From assembly GCA_002633005.1 (NCBI GenBank), contig NMRA01000436.1, forward strand, positions 321,891-385,890: a stretch of DNA of 64,000 bases, written 5' to 3'. Positions 61,131-64,000 of this stretch are shown here, in pieces. Position 1 is the stretch's first letter. The number at the start of each line of letters is the position of its first letter. This DNA is from Phoronis australis (taxonomy: Eukaryota > Animalia > Phoronida). Under the pieces are notes generated by a model. The model was not told the DNA's origin, did no database searches, and saw only the letters and a program-made list of their open reading frames with translations. Position numbers and translations under genes: made by a program.

Positions 61131-64000
61131 GATGGTGCTGGTAAGAGGGTGGGTAACCCGCTGGCCAAGGACTACCTGAGTAAACTGGAAGATGGCACCC
61201 TAGTGGCCTACGGTGGTCTGCAGGCAAAGGAGACATTGCAGCTAAGTAAGATGTGCTCCTATTGGAAGAACGCCCGCGAGAGGATCGTCAATCAGATGGT
61301 GATACAGCTGGACAAGAGTCATCTGCCTCCTGCTGTTACGCAGTACGTAGATGGACTAATTACGGTAAAATCTCAGCGGCCGACAAGTGAAATTTTGTTG
61401 TATCAGTTACAAAACGTTATTGCTGTTTGATTCAGACTACTTGCAATCGTATTTATTTGTTTGCAGGAGTCCTGATTATGACGTAAATGGTTTCTATGGT
61501 GCTATAATTCCTCGAGTGGTCAGTGCCGGGACGGTAACTCGACGAGCTGTTGAACCAACATGGCTGACTGCCAGTAATGCTTATGTAAGATCAGTCACTT
61601 GACTTAGGATGAAAATTGTTTAATAAAAATCCTGGCCTGATGGTAACTTCAATCTGTCAATTGTATGGAGGGTGTATTTTTGAAAAATGCGTTATTGTTA
61701 GGCCACCATGTATGTTTTGGACATTTTGATGAGACCATCTACTGGGTAGTTTGCTTGTAGTTTCTTTAGCTTAATCCTAATGTATTACCTTTACAAGGTG
61801 ATGTATTACCTTTACAAGGTGATGCTAACGAGCAAAGGTTCTTTGTCTGATTGCTGAAAGAGTATGAAGCTGTTCATGGGGACCTTTGTGCATTAAACAT
61901 CCCACATGACCTGAAAGCTGCTGTTTTTACTGCAATCACTTCTCTTTATCTACCATCATCATGTGAATTTCAAGTTCTCTTTTAATGAACACTAAAAGCT
62001 GAAATGTATCTCCATAAGGGCCTATTTTTCTCAGAACACTGGAGTCTCTCTCTCTCTCCCTCCCTCCCTCCCTCCCTCCCTCCTATTATAAAACCAATCG
62101 TATNGCATTGAGCAATCTTTGGTAGATGAACACTGTTTTCATTGTCATGATTCTTTTTAACACTCAGGAAGATCGTGTCGGGAGTGAGTTGAAAGCTATG
62201 GTTCAAGCGCCACCTGGTTATCATTTTATCGGAGCAGATGTGGATTCGCAAGAACTTTGGATAGCAGCCATCTTGGGTGACTCATATTTTGGTGGCATGC
62301 ATGGTAGGCATCTGCTGATCAAGGCCTGTTGAATTGTTAGGCCATAGTAGTTTAACTCAGTCATCTGTTCAAATGTAAGTTATATTGAAACAGATTTAGT
62401 GTTAACTTCTTAAAGCCACGTTTATCATGTCTGTAGAAGTTGTCAGGATTCAAAAGATCTATGGCATTACGAAATTTCACACTTTATCATTTCATGCGCT
62501 TAATACTTGATGAAAGGTTTGACTCTTTTTTAGTATCTTATCGATTATATTAAAGTTGAATCACCGTGTTCCGTCATAGTAGTTAATTGAACTGTATAAC
62601 CTTGGTCGTTCAAGGCAGTACAGCCTTTGGTTGGATGACTCTGCAAGGTAAGAAGAGCGCTGGCACCGACCTGCACAGTAAGACTGCAGCCATGGTGGGA
62701 ATAAGCAGGGACAATGCTAAGGTGAGGCCACTCGTATTTCTTTAGTTTTTGCATGTGTTGGTATAGCTCACAGATAACATAGGGTCATTTTGCTGTGGCG
62801 CCATCTATTGAGGTCACTTTTGCTTAATGTAGTTGTTGCATTGTGTGGGTAGGATTTTCTTAAATCCACACAACATAGTTGCAGCCCCATCTATCTAGAG
62901 TGGCCACTTGTGCTATTGTAGCTGTTGCATGGTGTGGGTAGGATTTTCTTAAAGCCACAGAACACAGTAGCAGCTCCATCTATTGGCAGCAGCCATTTGT
63001 GCTTCTGTTGTTGCATTATGTGGGTACAATTTTCTTTTAGCCACAGAACATGGTGGCAGCTCCATCTAGTGAGGCCACTTGCACTGCTGATCTTGTTCAT
63101 GTGCTAGAATTTAGTTATGGCAACAAAACGCCATCTAATATTCATACAGGAACCAGTCGATACCTTGAGTTGTTATTGATGCTATTGTTTCTTGGGCATA
63201 AAACTGAATAGTGATCAACGGGAGGTCAACTATTGAGTTCAGTTCCAAGCAACAATGTGTTTTTCATCCTTCTGCACACCTGTCCTTGTTATGAAACTAG
63301 TATTGAGATCTGTGTTTTTGGCGGTAAGTTGTTTAATTTTAAATTTGTTTTGGCTTCAATTCCAAACACTGCAAAACTAACGTGTGGACATCCTTGGTCT
63401 TGTCTGTCATTTTGAAACAGTTGAGAAGTCGTTGCCTAGAATGGTGGCTAAGTTATGAAATGTTTTCTTGAGAAGAGTCCTCTTATCAAGTCAGAAAGGT
63501 GAAAGTTCATCCTTTTAGTGTCTTTTATCTGACCGTTTTAAGTTCAGGTGAACTGATAATATTTCATATTATCTAGGGCATGTCTGACTAATGACAATTA
63601 GTGAGATCCACCTACTGTTTGTTGAAGATTTCTGAAACCAAACACAAAGAAGTGTCAAAGTGCTAGTGATGAACCTTTCTTATTTTAAAAACCTAAAATG
63701 GATTTTTTTATATTTAGGATCAAATCATTTCTAGAAATCGAGTAATTAATAGTGTTCTCGAACGGAAAATACAATTGACTTGTCTCTAATTAAAGTCAAT
63801 GAAGATTTCTGTTTCTTGTGGCAAGTTTCAAATTACGGGTAGTCTATCCTAAAATTCACTTGTTTATTATGTAGCCATGTATTTAGGGTTTTCATGGGTA
63901 TAGCAATGAGTCTTTATCAATATCGACTCTGTTGATTGTTACAGGTGTTTAATTATGGTCGAATATATGGTGCTGGCCGTTTGTTTGCGGAGAAATTACT
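61131..64000 (+). CDS. POLG: Mitochondrial DNA polymerase gamma catalytic subunit, polymerase-domain exons (partial, runs off window)
   Basis: Exons 61131-61342 (DG...VGNPLAKD...[10 protein letters not shown]), 61467-61584 ([27 protein letters not shown]), 62168-62303 ([29 protein letters not shown]), 62615-62721 ([28 protein letters not shown]), 63945-64000+ ([11 protein letters not shown]). All phases compatible. Confidence 0.97.
62835..63085. repeat. Degenerate ~85-bp tandem repeat (3 units) in POLG intron
   Basis: ttgcat.gtgtgggta..attttctt...ccaca.aaca...gcagc.ccatcta recurs three times. Confidence 0.75.

Overview
This is eukaryotic (animal, probably marine invertebrate) genomic DNA: AT-rich, GT-AG spliced genes, many transposon relics and one assembly gap (4882-5366). 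Most entries in the ORF track are spurious or are exon fragments. Hand splicing gives four + strand genes. (1) ~850-12139 is a ~1,040-aa multi-exon gene that appears to fuse a bacterial-type ComEC/Rec2-like metallo-beta-lactamase (MBL) domain, via a furin-like RGRR linker, to a Hedgehog-N-like (Hedge) domain with no Hint domain, then a second peptidase-M15-like domain, and a C-terminal region resembling a degenerate ADP-ribosyl-cyclase fold. This is the most unusual element in the window. (2) ~20899-26961+ is an adhesion/secretin-class (7tm_2) GPCR 7TM region with no recognisable GAIN/GPS. (3) 45209-50576 is an unorthodox aquaporin (AQP11/12-like, NPC/NPA). (4) 61131-64000 holds polymerase-domain exons of mitochondrial DNA polymerase gamma (POLG); I could not find its 5' exons in the window. 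Intergenic and intronic DNA contains an Academ relic with TIRs and a 3-bp TSD, an ISL2EU-like relic, THAP relics, a 4.6-kb TA-flanked TIR element, MITEs, Helentron/DINE-like repeats, SINE-like heads and several minisatellites. All family assignments are by motif recognition, not database search.
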